A stretch of 64,000 nt of DNA from Bacteriovoracales bacterium (GCA_038322885.1 JBBQGK010000005.1:1508-65507); one strand, 5' to 3'. Counted from the stretch's first letter, positions 19,475-29,779 are shown. Made by a program: numbers and translations. The notes: generated from the sequence alone by a model not told the origin.

Positions 19475-20251
19475 ATGAGCAACACACAAGAAACAATTAA
19501 GCTTTCGGGATTTAATAATCTCACTAAAATTCTCTCGTTTAATTTCTACGATTTCAATATCGCAATGAATGAGCAGCAAAAGCAAGATTACATCAACTAT
19601 ATTCACACAAAATTCAGTGCGACTAATATTCGTGATATCGCCCGCAATATTTGTAAGATCATCGAAGCGAATATCTTGAAGGAAAGTATTCAGGATTATG
19701 ATCCAGTTGGTGCTTCTACGATGACGTTGATGTCTGACTTAAAAGGCGGCAAGTGGGACGAGACAGTGACGACCCCGAATGCATCAGTCAAAATGCACTT
19801 AGATAAATCACACATCTGTACTCACACTTATCCAGATGCTTCAGACCCTGAGGGTATTTGTACTTTTCGCCTAGATATCGATGTTGCGACTTGCGGAGAG
19901 ATCATTCCTCTTCGCGCGCTTAACTATATGTTCAGTGTGTTTGAATGTGACGTGGTTTATATTGATTATGTCGTTCGTGGTTACACTCGCCTTGATAACG
20001 GAAAGAAAATTTACAATGATCAATACTTCAATACGATTCAGGAGTTCATTGATCCTAAGATCCTTGAGCAGTACAAGTATCGCCAGGATATGAATCTTCC
20101 CAATGACAACATTTGGCAGACAAAACTCATGATCAGGTCTATGGGGCCTGATAATTATCTTCTTGATCCAAACGACCGTAACCATCCTGAAATTGACCAC
20201 AAGATGGATCTTCTTCGCCAAGAGATGAAAGAAGTTTTTCACCTGAACTAG
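19475..20251 (+). CDS. speD: S-adenosylmethionine decarboxylase proenzyme (E. coli-type)
   Basis: KLSGFNNLTK N-terminus, HLDKSHICTHTYP self-cleavage motif, DIDVATCG, DYVVRGYTR. Confidence 0.92.
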   Translation: MSNTQETIKLSGFNNLTKILSFNFYDFNIAMNEQQKQDYINYIHTKFSATNIRDIARNICKIIEANILKESIQDYDPVGASTMTLMSDLKGGKWDETVTTPNASVKMHLDKSHICTHTYPDASDPEGICTFRLDIDVATCGEIIPLRALNYMFSVFECDVVYIDYVVRGYTRLDNGKKIYNDQYFNTIQEFIDPKILEQYKYRQDMNLPNDNIWQTKLMIRSMGPDNYLLDPNDRNHPEIDHKMDLLRQEMKEVFHLN

Positions 20252-20333
20252 AAATCAACATCATTCATATCTTTTGGGGTTATGTGTTAATGGACATTTG
20301 ACTTTGCTGGACTATCCTTCATAGAATCTGAGC

Positions 20334-20933
20334 ATGAAAAAATTAATTCTTATCCTTTGTCTCTCCTCCCTAACAACACTTGCGTTTGCGAAAGACGATT
20401 TTCTGAGCCAGCAGGATCTGGATATAAAAACCGGGCACTATGAAGAGGCTATCTTCAAGACCGCTGAAAATTTAAAGGCAATCTTCGATCATTATAAAAT
20501 TGCTCTTGGTCCTGGTTTCTACATCGTAAAACCGCTCGAGGTGGTGGGAACTAGATCAAATCCGGTTCTAAAAGGGATTTTAAAGAAGTGCATTTCTTTT
20601 ATTTGTCATGATGTCGATCTCGATGCTTCTCTAACGATCACAAAAGTTCAGGGACCTTGTGATGTGAATTATTACCTCAAGGCCGATCTTTCTCGCTCTA
20701 GCTCTTTACTCACAGACATCTACGAATATTTCTCAACGACCGTTTGTGCTAAACGCACAGTCAGTGGTGCTCACATTACTTTGAGTTCAAGTGCTCATAG
20801 AGCAGGAACTTATATCGGTGGGCCCATTTCATCCAATATTCTAAGCTTTCTCGGACTTCAGATTGAGCCAATTAAGAACTCGCTCGAGACAGAGCTAAAT
20901 AAAAATATCAAGATGATTGAAGGGAAGAACTAA
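20334..20933 (+). CDS. secreted hypothetical protein
   Basis: Signal peptide MKKLILILCLSSLTTLAFA. Confidence 0.75.
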   Translation: MKKLILILCLSSLTTLAFAKDDFLSQQDLDIKTGHYEEAIFKTAENLKAIFDHYKIALGPGFYIVKPLEVVGTRSNPVLKGILKKCISFICHDVDLDASLTITKVQGPCDVNYYLKADLSRSSSLLTDIYEYFSTTVCAKRTVSGAHITLSSSAHRAGTYIGGPISSNILSFLGLQIEPIKNSLETELNKNIKMIEGKN

Positions 20934-22174
20934 AACCTTTCGGCCACAATTCCGAGATTTCGGGGCGAAGTTTCTTCATCAAAAAATTCTAAAAGCTCAG
21001 CTTTATATCCGCTCTCTTCTAGGTAGATGACTCGGTCAAGCAGGATATAAAGTTCAAGTAATCTTCCCATAGCATTTCGTAGATTTCCTGCAGACATCAT
21101 CTTCCAGATAAGTTCTTGCCTCTCATGATTACTAAAGTAAGCGTTGAGTTCATCCAGGGTATGCTTCGATTTAAGATTGATCCTTCTGAACTGCTCTAAG
21201 ACGTAGAAGCCAAAAGTCTCATCATAAAGTTTTGGCGAAGAATTTCCTAACGTCACAAGGCTCTTGAATCCGTACTCATCATGCAAAAGAAAATGAATGG
21301 CATATCGAAAGAGCTTCACCTTGAGTTTTAAGTCATAATCTTTATCATCCATTTTTCTATGCGCGCGAGCGGAGAGAGTCAAAGCGAAGTGACTCATTTC
21401 AATTTTATCATCCAGAGATTGAGCAAGCTTCGAGATGTTTTCACTACCTTCAATGTCCTCAAGCTTGTGATAGCAACATCCAAAATTAATCAGAGCAGGA
21501 ATCTTATTTTTAACGCTCGCCTTGATCTGATCATTGGCGAGTTGGCCACAAGTATGAAGTCCAAGAGTCATGGTTCTAGCACCCAGCAAACGATTGAACG
21601 CCAGATCTTGAGCATCCACTTTGACTGGAATAAATTCTACCAGGTGATCAGGATTCTTTGCGAACTTCTTATTGCGCTCTTCTCCTGATTTTTGCATCAC
21701 TGGGTCTAGGTCAAGACTCGTGACGTTCAACTTGTATTGATTCGTTAAGGCCTGAGCAAGGAGTCCGACTCCACCACCGATATCGAGGATTCGCTCGATT
21801 TTGTGATCTTGATAAACCTTATTCACAAGCGGAGCGAGGCGCTTCACTTCGTATTGTTTCTTCGGAATCATATATAGATAGGTAAAACGGTCTTCAGGCA
21901 TAGGGGGAAGTTCCGGAGTGGATGGGAACTTAGATAGTTCTTCAATCTGCTCGTAGAACCGGATGAGACCTGGAATCTTAATATAATCGAAGACGTCTTT
22001 TTTCTCGATCCGAATCAAATCATTTTTGTCACGAAATTGCGCCATCTCTTCGACCCAGTCCGCAGGATAATCATCCAGAGGATCGGGATAAAGGAGCATG
22101 ATTTCGTTTTGCCAAATTCTTTGATAAGCTAAAAGGAAATCGTGAATGGCGAGAAAGCGTTCCTGATAATTCAT
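20930..22174 (-). CDS. SAM-dependent methyltransferase, Methyltransf_32 (METTL25/RRNAD1-like)
   Basis: KKQYEV, LDIGGGVGLL, GLHTCGQL, FGCCYHKL. Confidence 0.8.
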   Translation of the reverse strand: MNYQERFLAIHDFLLAYQRIWQNEIMLLYPDPLDDYPADWVEEMAQFRDKNDLIRIEKKDVFDYIKIPGLIRFYEQIEELSKFPSTPELPPMPEDRFTYLYMIPKKQYEVKRLAPLVNKVYQDHKIERILDIGGGVGLLAQALTNQYKLNVTSLDLDPVMQKSGEERNKKFAKNPDHLVEFIPVKVDAQDLAFNRLLGARTMTLGLHTCGQLANDQIKASVKNKIPALINFGCCYHKLEDIEGSENISKLAQSLDDKIEMSHFALTLSARAHRKMDDKDYDLKLKVKLFRYAIHFLLHDEYGFKSLVTLGNSSPKLYDETFGFYVLEQFRRINLKSKHTLDELNAYFSNHERQELIWKMMSAGNLRNAMGRLLELYILLDRVIYLEESGYKAELLEFFDEETSPRNLGIVAERF

Positions 22175-22200
22175 GAGAGCTCAAAGGTGTAACACAGCTT

Positions 22201-23520
22201 ATGCGTAAGTTAAACAAGGTCGCCGTTTTCGGCATGGGAAAATCGGGAAAATCCGCTGTTGAACTAGCGAAGAATAAAGGTCTGGAGTTCTACGCGGTTA
22301 ACAAAGGTCCAATCGAGACTTGGATTCATCTGGATGGACTGGATAAAATTCTCACCCCTTGCTACTGTTCATCTGAGGAAGATTTTGCGCGGCACTTTCA
22401 TAAAATGGACGCCATCATACTTTCTCCGGGAATTCCTACCACGCACCCGGCCCTTGCCGAAGCCATCGCCAGAGGTGTGTTAATCATCTCTGAGATCGAA
22501 TTTGCTTACCAATACTCTTCTGACATTCCGGTGATTGCGATCACGGGATCAAATGGAAAAACCACAACAACGACCATGATCACAGAGGCCTTAAGAAAGG
22601 CCGGTAAAAAAGTTTTCTGTGGAGGAAATATAGGGATTCCCTATTGTGAGCTTCCACTTTCCGGCGAGAAAGTTGACTTCGCGGTGATCGAGGTTTCTAG
22701 CTTCCAGTTAGAAACTATCCATGAATTTCATCCAAAGATTGGACTCATTTTAAATATCGTTCCGAATCACTCTGAGCGCTATGATCAGGTTCATGACTAC
22801 GCGAAGGCGAAGTTTCGAATTCTCACTAATATGACTGCAGACGATTCACTTATTCTTGGGACGGAGAATTCTTATCTCTCTGATCTTGATTTTCACTCAG
22901 CAAAAAAACAGTTCTTCACGAAAGGTGATCTTCCGGTCGAATTTAAAAAGAACCTTGATTTTTCAAAAGCAAAAGTGCGAGGAGAACACAATGAGGCCAA
23001 TTTCTATGCGGCCTATCTGACTCTCAAAACACTTGAGATTCCAAAACTAGATGCTCTTTTTCAAGAGTTCATCAATGAGTTCTCCGGAGTTGCGCACCGG
23101 CTGGAGTTTGTATTAACTAAGAATGATCTCAAGGTTTATAATGATGCAAAAAGTACGAATACACTCGCAACCAGTACGGCGATCAAAGCGTTTAAAGAAT
23201 CTCGGGAGAACTTATATCTTATCCTCGGTGGAAAGCTTCGAAATGAAAATGATAGGTTCCTTGCCGATTTTCTGCCTTTTAAAAATCAAATCACAGAGAT
23301 CTTCACCATTGGAGATGTGACGGAGAGATTATTTCAAGAATTTAAAAATGATTTTAAAGTTACAAGAGCAAAGGATATAGTGACTGTTTTGAGAATGACC
23401 AAAGAAAGAGAACTGAAAGGAAATTTGGTCTTTTCGCCGGCGTTTCCATCGCTTGATCAGTTTAAGAATTATGTCGATCGGGGTGAAAAATTTAAGAAAT
23501 GGGCGCTAGAAATTCTTTAA
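22201..23520 (+). CDS. murD: UDP-N-acetylmuramoyl-L-alanine--D-glutamate ligase
   Basis: LSPGIP, ITGSNGKTTTT, EVSSFQLE, HRLE, NDAKSTN, SPAFPSLDQF. Confidence 0.95.
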   Translation: MRKLNKVAVFGMGKSGKSAVELAKNKGLEFYAVNKGPIETWIHLDGLDKILTPCYCSSEEDFARHFHKMDAIILSPGIPTTHPALAEAIARGVLIISEIEFAYQYSSDIPVIAITGSNGKTTTTTMITEALRKAGKKVFCGGNIGIPYCELPLSGEKVDFAVIEVSSFQLETIHEFHPKIGLILNIVPNHSERYDQVHDYAKAKFRILTNMTADDSLILGTENSYLSDLDFHSAKKQFFTKGDLPVEFKKNLDFSKAKVRGEHNEANFYAAYLTLKTLEIPKLDALFQEFINEFSGVAHRLEFVLTKNDLKVYNDAKSTNTLATSTAIKAFKESRENLYLILGGKLRNENDRFLADFLPFKNQITEIFTIGDVTERLFQEFKNDFKVTRAKDIVTVLRMTKERELKGNLVFSPAFPSLDQFKNYVDRGEKFKKWALEIL

Positions 23521-23678
23521 CGTTTATTCATGTGATCGTTGTAACTTTGATCGATCGAAGCAGGTGAGCGCTCGTTAACTTGTTCAGGATTTTTTTCTGA
23601 GGTAGCAGTTTCAAAAGAAATTTTGGCGATAAAAAATACCAATAAAATCATCACCACTGATCCCAACTTAATACTCAT
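23517..23678 (-). CDS. small membrane-anchored/secreted protein (53 aa) with RSPAS motif, not in ORF track
   Basis: MSIKLGSVVMILLVFFIAKISFETATSEKNPEQVNERSPASIDQSYNDHMNKR; GAGGG RBS; stop overlaps murD stop. Confidence 0.7.
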   Translation of the reverse strand: MSIKLGSVVMILLVFFIAKISFETATSEKNPEQVNERSPASIDQSYNDHMNKR

Positions 23679-23712
23679 AAAACCCTCAAGTTCACATTTG
23701 TAACTAAAGATC

Positions 23713-23739
23713 TTTTCGTCATTAAATGAGAAAACTTTA
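23713..23739 (-). promoter_or_regulatory. sigma28 (FliA)-like promoter
   Basis: TAAA-N15-GACGAAAA on minus strand upstream of the 53-aa ORF. Confidence 0.45.
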
Positions 23740-23901
23740 AATTTTTCGAATGTAAGTGATCGATTTTTATATAATTATAGTCAGCAGTCCAAACCAGCAT
23801 CTGGTCTTTCTCCATTGGTCTAAAAGATCCATGATTTAAGAAACTTAAGTGATTGGATAATACTTCGTGCGGCCCCGAGCCTGACTAGTAAACTCGGGTT
23901 A

Positions 23902-24999
23902 TTAGCCTCTAAAAGAATCATAAACGATGTCCAGCTGATCAGTAATCTCAGAGGGAAGTTTTGGGGTCATCGATTTCGGCAAGAGGAAGGTCGCGAGGTT
24001 AAAGAAATCCAGAAAGGCGCGGTTTCTTTCCGTGGTTGATTTCAGGTACTCGTGACCTGAGGATCCACCGGTGCCTATTTTTGTACCTAGAATTCTTTGA
24101 ACCATTATGGCGTGACGGTATCTCCAGGTCGTGAATTTTTCATCTACGCCTACCAGTGAGTTTAAAATTCGAAAAGGCATCTGTAGTGCAGGATAATCAC
24201 GGTAAAGATAAATGAAGACAGCTGAGAGCATGGCCCTCTGAGATAGACGAACTTTGCCTGCTTTCTTCCAGTCCTCAAAGCGATGAGCATCAAGAAGAGT
24301 CGAAAAGGTCTCTCGGGTCATCTCGAGATTTTTAAGCTCCATGGCGCGGGATTTTTCATCCAAAGCAGGATTAGATGAAATAATCTCAAAATCTTCTTTG
24401 AGCATTTTATCAACGGCCACCGAATACTCTCCCCAAAAATCATAGTCATCAAAATGAGCAAATGGCATACGAGAGAGCCAGGCCTCAAGAAGTTCAAGTA
24501 CGCTTATCTTTGCTTCAGCATCCGCGAGAGCTTTCCGGTCTTCGGGATTCAGTCTGGAATTGAAGAATTGTTTTTCAATCTCCATTCGATGTTCGGCTTT
24601 GATTCCGAGGGCCGCTTCTATTAATCGGAACTGGAGACTTTGAAATCCTGAGGCAGGCACAAGAAAATCTCTGAATTCCATAAAATCCAGAGTCGTCATT
24701 GTTTCCATAATATGGATTTGGTTTACAAGAATTTCTTGAATCGTATTCACCCGTTCAATTCGAGATTGGATAATAGAGAGATCAGTGGAAGGAATGAAGG
24801 CAGGAGACATGAGGGTTCGCACTGAATCCAATTCATGAAGAATTTGTTTGAACCAGAGTTCATAAGTCTGGTGAATGATAATGAACAGTGTTTCATCATG
24901 GGCCGTTTTACCGTACTTCGAACTCTCTGGTGCCTGAGCATTTAAGATCTTTGGCAGCTGCAGGTAGTCGCCATAGTAAACTGGTTTTTGGATTTTCAT
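23902..24999 (-). CDS. kynA: tryptophan 2,3-dioxygenase (long form)
   Basis: HDETLFIIIHQTYELWFKQ, ASGFQSLQFR, WRYRH, GTGGSSG. Confidence 0.95.
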   Translation of the reverse strand: MKIQKPVYYGDYLQLPKILNAQAPESSKYGKTAHDETLFIIIHQTYELWFKQILHELDSVRTLMSPAFIPSTDLSIIQSRIERVNTIQEILVNQIHIMETMTTLDFMEFRDFLVPASGFQSLQFRLIEAALGIKAEHRMEIEKQFFNSRLNPEDRKALADAEAKISVLELLEAWLSRMPFAHFDDYDFWGEYSVAVDKMLKEDFEIISSNPALDEKSRAMELKNLEMTRETFSTLLDAHRFEDWKKAGKVRLSQRAMLSAVFIYLYRDYPALQMPFRILNSLVGVDEKFTTWRYRHAIMVQRILGTKIGTGGSSGHEYLKSTTERNRAFLDFFNLATFLLPKSMTPKLPSEITDQLDIVYDSFRG

Positions 25000-25054
25000 A
25001 AAAGTCTTCCCAAGAATGAGGCAGGAGAGTATTTTTATAGGACGAGGTTATTCT

Positions 25055-26818
25055 ATGAAAAAAGCATTCACTCTATCAAATCAAACTATCAAAACGAACA
25101 TTGAAAAGATCAAAAAACTCATGACTGAGCGTGGCCTGGACGGTCTTTATGTCTCGAGTTTTGATCCTTTTCTTAATGAATACGTTCCTCTTCAGGATAA
25201 TCATCGTTTTTACGTTACGAATTTCACCGGTTCCATGGCCGAGGTACTTATTCCTGTCCAAGGGCGAGTGCGTCTTTATGTTGACGGACGTTATCACGAG
25301 CAGGCCGATCTGGAAGTTGATGCAGCAGAAGTTGAGGTCGTGAAGATCAATGCTGACCAATCAACCACCGAAGCTCTGGTTCAAGACATCAAAAAACTCG
25401 GCATGAAAAAAGTCGGTTACGAAGCTGACCGTACGGCCATGAATTATTTAAAGCGTCTCTCTACTTCAGCTCAAGATACCATTGCCCTTCAAACTGGTGA
25501 ACTCGCCAAAGTCGTAACCTTCGAACCCCTCGCTTCGCTTGCTGAAATTGCATTGATCCCACGTGAGCAGCGTGGAAGAGACACACTCGAGAAGACGAGA
25601 TCAATCTTTAAAAATGAATCAGAGGCTATGTATCTGACGGCCCTTGATTCCATTGCTTGGATTACAAATTGTCGTGGGTTTCATTTACCCTATTTGAGTA
25701 GTTTTTATGCTAAGGCCCTCGTGACTAAAGAAAAAGTTTTTATCTTTGTCACACCGAACACGCCGATCTCTGCCAAGGCCAAAAAAGAAACGGGCCTTGA
25801 GTGGATTACTCTCGAATTTGCGGATCTTCCAAAAGAGCTTGATCGATTACAAAACACTCTTCATTTAAAAGAAGTTTATTTTGATCCAGGCATGATCAAC
25901 TCTGCTGACTTTAGCATGCTCGTAAAAGTGTTTGGAACAGAGAGATTAACTGAAAAGGCCGGAGGTCTTTTTGACTACCAGGCGATTAAAGAGCCGGTTG
26001 AAATTCATCAAATGGAAGCTTCCTTTAAAAAAGCTGATCAGGCGATTTTTAATACCATCAAGTGGGTCAAAGAATCGATCAAGGCCGGCAAGCGAATTAC
26101 TGAGCTTGATCTAAATAACGAGACCACAGCGAAGTATAAGGCGCAGGGAGCGGTTGAGCTTTCGTTTGCTACCATCTCTGGAGTTGGGGCAAATGCTTCG
26201 ATCATTCACTACGGAAATCCTTCAGATGAAGTTGTGATTAAAGACACAGATATGATCCTTCTCGATTCGGGTGGATACTTTGAGGGTGGTTGGGCGACAG
26301 ACACAACTCGGACTTTTTTTGCATCCTCAAAAAAACCTGATCCAAAACAAATTGAAATGTACACACTCGTGCTCAAAGGCTTACTTGCTTGTCAGTCTGC
26401 CGTTTTTCCCGAAGGGACTCGCGGAGTCGTTCTTGATGGATACGCTCGCGGTCCTCTTCGAAAGAAAGGCTATGACTATAATCACGGTACTGGTCACGGG
26501 GTAGGGATTCACGTCCACGAGCCGGGTGTTCGTTTGAATAGCACGTCGACCACTCCTACGAGGCTTGGGGTGGCAGTATCGATTGAACCAGGGATTTATA
26601 TTCCTGGTTTTGGTGGAGTTCGTTTGGAGAATATCGTTTACACAGAAAAACATCCTCAGTACTCAGGCATGCTTCGCTTTAAACCCTTCGTGTATATTGG
26701 TTTTGATCCGGTCTTGATTGATTTGAATCTTTTAAATGACGAAGAGAAAGTCATCCTGGATGAATATGAAGCCGAGTGTACCAAGCGCGGAACAAGTTTA
26801 AGAAATCTAAAAGTCTAG
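25055..26818 (+). CDS. pepP: Xaa-Pro aminopeptidase (M24B)
   Basis: VDGRYHEQA, LDSGG, TDTTRT, HGTGHGVG, EPGIY, VRLEN; start set at MKKAF behind GAGG. Confidence 0.88.
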   Translation: MKKAFTLSNQTIKTNIEKIKKLMTERGLDGLYVSSFDPFLNEYVPLQDNHRFYVTNFTGSMAEVLIPVQGRVRLYVDGRYHEQADLEVDAAEVEVVKINADQSTTEALVQDIKKLGMKKVGYEADRTAMNYLKRLSTSAQDTIALQTGELAKVVTFEPLASLAEIALIPREQRGRDTLEKTRSIFKNESEAMYLTALDSIAWITNCRGFHLPYLSSFYAKALVTKEKVFIFVTPNTPISAKAKKETGLEWITLEFADLPKELDRLQNTLHLKEVYFDPGMINSADFSMLVKVFGTERLTEKAGGLFDYQAIKEPVEIHQMEASFKKADQAIFNTIKWVKESIKAGKRITELDLNNETTAKYKAQGAVELSFATISGVGANASIIHYGNPSDEVVIKDTDMILLDSGGYFEGGWATDTTRTFFASSKKPDPKQIEMYTLVLKGLLACQSAVFPEGTRGVVLDGYARGPLRKKGYDYNHGTGHGVGIHVHEPGVRLNSTSTTPTRLGVAVSIEPGIYIPGFGGVRLENIVYTEKHPQYSGMLRFKPFVYIGFDPVLIDLNLLNDEEKVILDEYEAECTKRGTSLRNLKV

Positions 26819-27657
26819 AAAACAAAAGGCCGTGATCTTTTCATGGCCTTTACCGCTTCAAAGATTCCAATCATCGCAATGAGAGAGATAACCATCGGCC
26901 AGAATGGGAAGTTGGAATCGTCATCGTCATCATCGCCTTTATTATTGACCGCTATCGTCCCACCAAAGACGCTGCCGAATGCACCACAACCATCAAAATG
27001 AACTGGATAAAGATAGCTCACGCCATCGATGTCATCTTGCCCGAGTTTCTTTCTCTCTTCAACGGTACGGTAATACATCAACGCCGACTTATTCTCGGAG
27101 TGACCAAGACCAATAGCGTGTCCTATTTCATGGGCAAGGACCGCAACTTTTCCATCGTAGGAGAGTTTGGCAAAATCATTTGAGAAGTTATTGATTAAAA
27201 TAACTGCACCACGAATTTTTTTTCCGCTAAAATTATTGGGAACCGTGACTGCCAGAACGTTACTATCAACGAAGTTTGTCTGGTTAGCATTACAAGCGAC
27301 AACGATGTCACTAACAGGAGCGACGACATTGGCGCCAGCCGCAGTAATACAAGCATCATCGGTGGGTGCGCAAAGGCGGCCCGTGGCAGAATTGATATTC
27401 TGTGTGGTATCAGAAAAACCACCAAAACTGAGACGAAGCTTAGAGGTGGGAACGATATTCCAGAATTTACCAACGCCTTTTTTGATCACGTCCTCGAGAT
27501 CGTAGACTGTGATTCCCGCAAGTGAACAGGTGGTATTTCTGTCGATGTAAACCTTGACCTTACTTTTATCAAAAGAAGCACTGAAATTATTATTAAGTGT
27601 GAAAGCAAAAGCGAACTGAGGCAAAAGGCAAAGGAGGAAAAGAATTTTTATAATCAT
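26815..27657 (-). CDS. secreted matrixin-family (M10/M12) zinc metalloprotease with C-terminal TM anchor
   Basis: HEIGHAIGLGH plus Met-turn SALMY; signal peptide; C-terminal hydrophobic helix and basic tail; start at MIIKIL directly after upstream stop. Confidence 0.88.
   Translation of the reverse strand: MIIKILFLLCLLPQFAFAFTLNNNFSASFDKSKVKVYIDRNTTCSLAGITVYDLEDVIKKGVGKFWNIVPTSKLRLSFGGFSDTTQNINSATGRLCAPTDDACITAAGANVVAPVSDIVVACNANQTNFVDSNVLAVTVPNNFSGKKIRGAVILINNFSNDFAKLSYDGKVAVLAHEIGHAIGLGHSENKSALMYYRTVEERKKLGQDDIDGVSYLYPVHFDGCGAFGSVFGGTIAVNNKGDDDDDDSNFPFWPMVISLIAMIGIFEAVKAMKRSRPFVF
26825..26851 (+). terminator. hairpin at the convergent pepP/matrixin junction, probable terminator
   Basis: AAAGGCCGTGA-TCTTT-TCATGGCCTTT. 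Confidence 0.55.
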
Positions 27658-27658
27658 C

Positions 27659-28354
27659 TTATTGTTTCCAGTAGTATGTGACAAAAAGTGTATAGGACAA
27701 TTGTCGTTTATCTTCCATAAAGGCAGAGTATGTGTAGGTTTGGAGTCTCAGGGCCCAATCACCTGAGTGAACTTCAGCACCCAGGTCAAGTGTGTTATTT
27801 AAGCTCGAGCGATTTTCACTAGGATAATAAAAAGTGGAAGTGCCATTACCGTTATTAACTTTTGCCTCACCACCACGGCCCTGTTGATTTTGCCAAATAA
27901 GACTCGTCCCAAATCGTAGACGAAACCAATCCAAGAGATCGTACCCAAAGTCTGCGCGAATCATAAAAATATTTTTGATGATGTGAGCACTCTCTGTCAC
28001 GGAAGGAAGGACCCAGTTGATCTCTGGAAAAAATTTCCATGATTCACTCAAAGGATAAACAAGACCAGCTCCAACGGTCGGTGCCCAGTTTAACTTTCGA
28101 AGAGTACCGGAAGAATCCGTTTGAACATTGTTATAAAATTCGGTGTGAAATCCACCGTTGAAATTGATCGCTTCGAGTTTCGGAAAATTCGACTCGTGAT
28201 CGTGATTTTCTTCTGCCGTTTCTGGATGATGGTCAGGTGAGTGATGGGTCGCGCGATGAGGTGCTTTGAGCGGCGCCTTATCATGGATTTCTTGACACAA
28301 GGCGAGCCCGGTCAACGAAACGAAGAGAATGAGAGCAAATAACGATCTGTACAT
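27659..28354 (-). CDS. putative outer-membrane beta-barrel protein with His-rich N-terminus
   Basis: Signal peptide, HHSPDHH...HDHE segment, alternating aromatic beta-strands, terminal YYWKQ. Confidence 0.6.
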   Translation of the reverse strand: MYRSLFALILFVSLTGLALCQEIHDKAPLKAPHRATHHSPDHHPETAEENHDHESNFPKLEAINFNGGFHTEFYNNVQTDSSGTLRKLNWAPTVGAGLVYPLSESWKFFPEINWVLPSVTESAHIIKNIFMIRADFGYDLLDWFRLRFGTSLIWQNQQGRGGEAKVNNGNGTSTFYYPSENRSSLNNTLDLGAEVHSGDWALRLQTYTYSAFMEDKRQLSYTLFVTYYWKQ

Positions 28355-28429
28355 CCCTTAATGACTACCAAATTTCCCGGGCTCTCGCTATCATAGAGTG
28401 CCAAGATTATCTTTTTTCAGGACCCAATT

Positions 28430-29554
28430 ATGTTTGAAAACTTTAAAGTCCCAGCGGAATTAAGACCTCTCGATCCACGTTTCGGCGTCGGACCTTCGTT
28501 GATTCCAATTGATGCGATCAAAAAGCTAGAACAGACTGGTCACAAACTTCTCGGAACAAGTCATCGGAAAGATGCTGTAAGGAAACTTGTCAAAGAAGTT
28601 CAGGATGGTCTTCGCTCATATTTTAAGCTTCCAGCAGATTATGAAATCCTTTTAGGTAACGGGGGCGCCACCATGTTCTGGGACATGATTGGACTTAATC
28701 TTGTCGAAAAATCCTCGCTTCATTTTGTGAACGGAGAATTTTCTGAAAAATGGTACAAGGCCCACAAGCTCATCCCGTGGATCAAAGCCGATGAAGTGAA
28801 AGTCGAGTTTGGAAAGGGGATTGATCCCGTTGAAAAACCTGGATTCGATACCATTTGCTGTACCTTAAATGAAACATCAACAGGCACCATGCTCTCTTCG
28901 ATACCTAAGTTGAAGAGCGATAATGTTCTGATGACGGTGGATGCAACCTCAGGTGCGGGCCAGATAAAAGTCGATTTCAATAATGTTGATGTTTATTATT
29001 TCTCTCCTCAAAAAGTGTTTGCCTCTGAGGGGGGATTTTATGTCGCCATTTTGTCTCCAAAAGCAGTGAAGAGGCTAGAAAAGATTGCCCAGGATAAAAC
29101 AAGATTTATTCCTGAATCCATGAAGCTCATGCACTCTCTGGAAAATTCACGCCAGAACCAAACTTACAATACGCCCTCGATCTCGACGATCTTTTTTCTC
29201 AACGAACAGATTAAAATGATGAACGTTTTGGGAGAAGAGAAGGTGATTTCTCTCGCAAAAGAGAAAGCTCGTTTAATGTATGGATGGGCCGAGACGAAAT
29301 CTTATCTCTCGCCTTACATAAAAGAGAAAAAGTTTCGTTCTGAAGCCGTTGTCACTATCGATGTTGATCAAAAATACAAGGTAGAGGATCTTGCCAACGT
29401 TTTGCGAGCTCAGGATGTGGCCATTGATATTGAAGGCTACAGGAAACTTGGCCGAAACCAATTTCGGATTGCCCTTTTTCATAATGTGAGTTTTGAAGAT
29501 TTAGAAAAGCTCACTAAAATCATTTCTCTCGCGATCGAGTCCCTCAACATCTGA
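28430..29554 (+). CDS. serC: phosphoserine aminotransferase (actinobacterial-like class V)
   Basis: PRFGVGPS, NETSTG, VDATSGAG, SPQK, QTYNTP, YRKLGRNQFRI. Confidence 0.88.
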   Translation: MFENFKVPAELRPLDPRFGVGPSLIPIDAIKKLEQTGHKLLGTSHRKDAVRKLVKEVQDGLRSYFKLPADYEILLGNGGATMFWDMIGLNLVEKSSLHFVNGEFSEKWYKAHKLIPWIKADEVKVEFGKGIDPVEKPGFDTICCTLNETSTGTMLSSIPKLKSDNVLMTVDATSGAGQIKVDFNNVDVYYFSPQKVFASEGGFYVAILSPKAVKRLEKIAQDKTRFIPESMKLMHSLENSRQNQTYNTPSISTIFFLNEQIKMMNVLGEEKVISLAKEKARLMYGWAETKSYLSPYIKEKKFRSEAVVTIDVDQKYKVEDLANVLRAQDVAIDIEGYRKLGRNQFRIALFHNVSFEDLEKLTKIISLAIESLNI

Positions 29555-29779
29555 GAAATAAATTATCTTTTTCGCAGCGAGAACTTACATCGTTGGTCCT
29601 AGATCTTTAGCGAAACTGTAGAAATTAATTTCTGTCTTAGGCCTACAAATCTTCATTCCATATCTTAAAACAACATTGTGGTTTTATGCTTCGGTGTCAC
29701 TCTGGCATCTTGAGAAAAGAATCGATAGCAGCTATAAATTTTAAGTTCTTTTTTTAAAAACACCAAGGAAGAAAAATTT

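Noticed and set aside
26919-26936. Asp6 trinucleotide run as a phase-variable microsatellite
   Set aside because: Mixed GAT/GAC codons and in-frame; behaves as a protein spacer.
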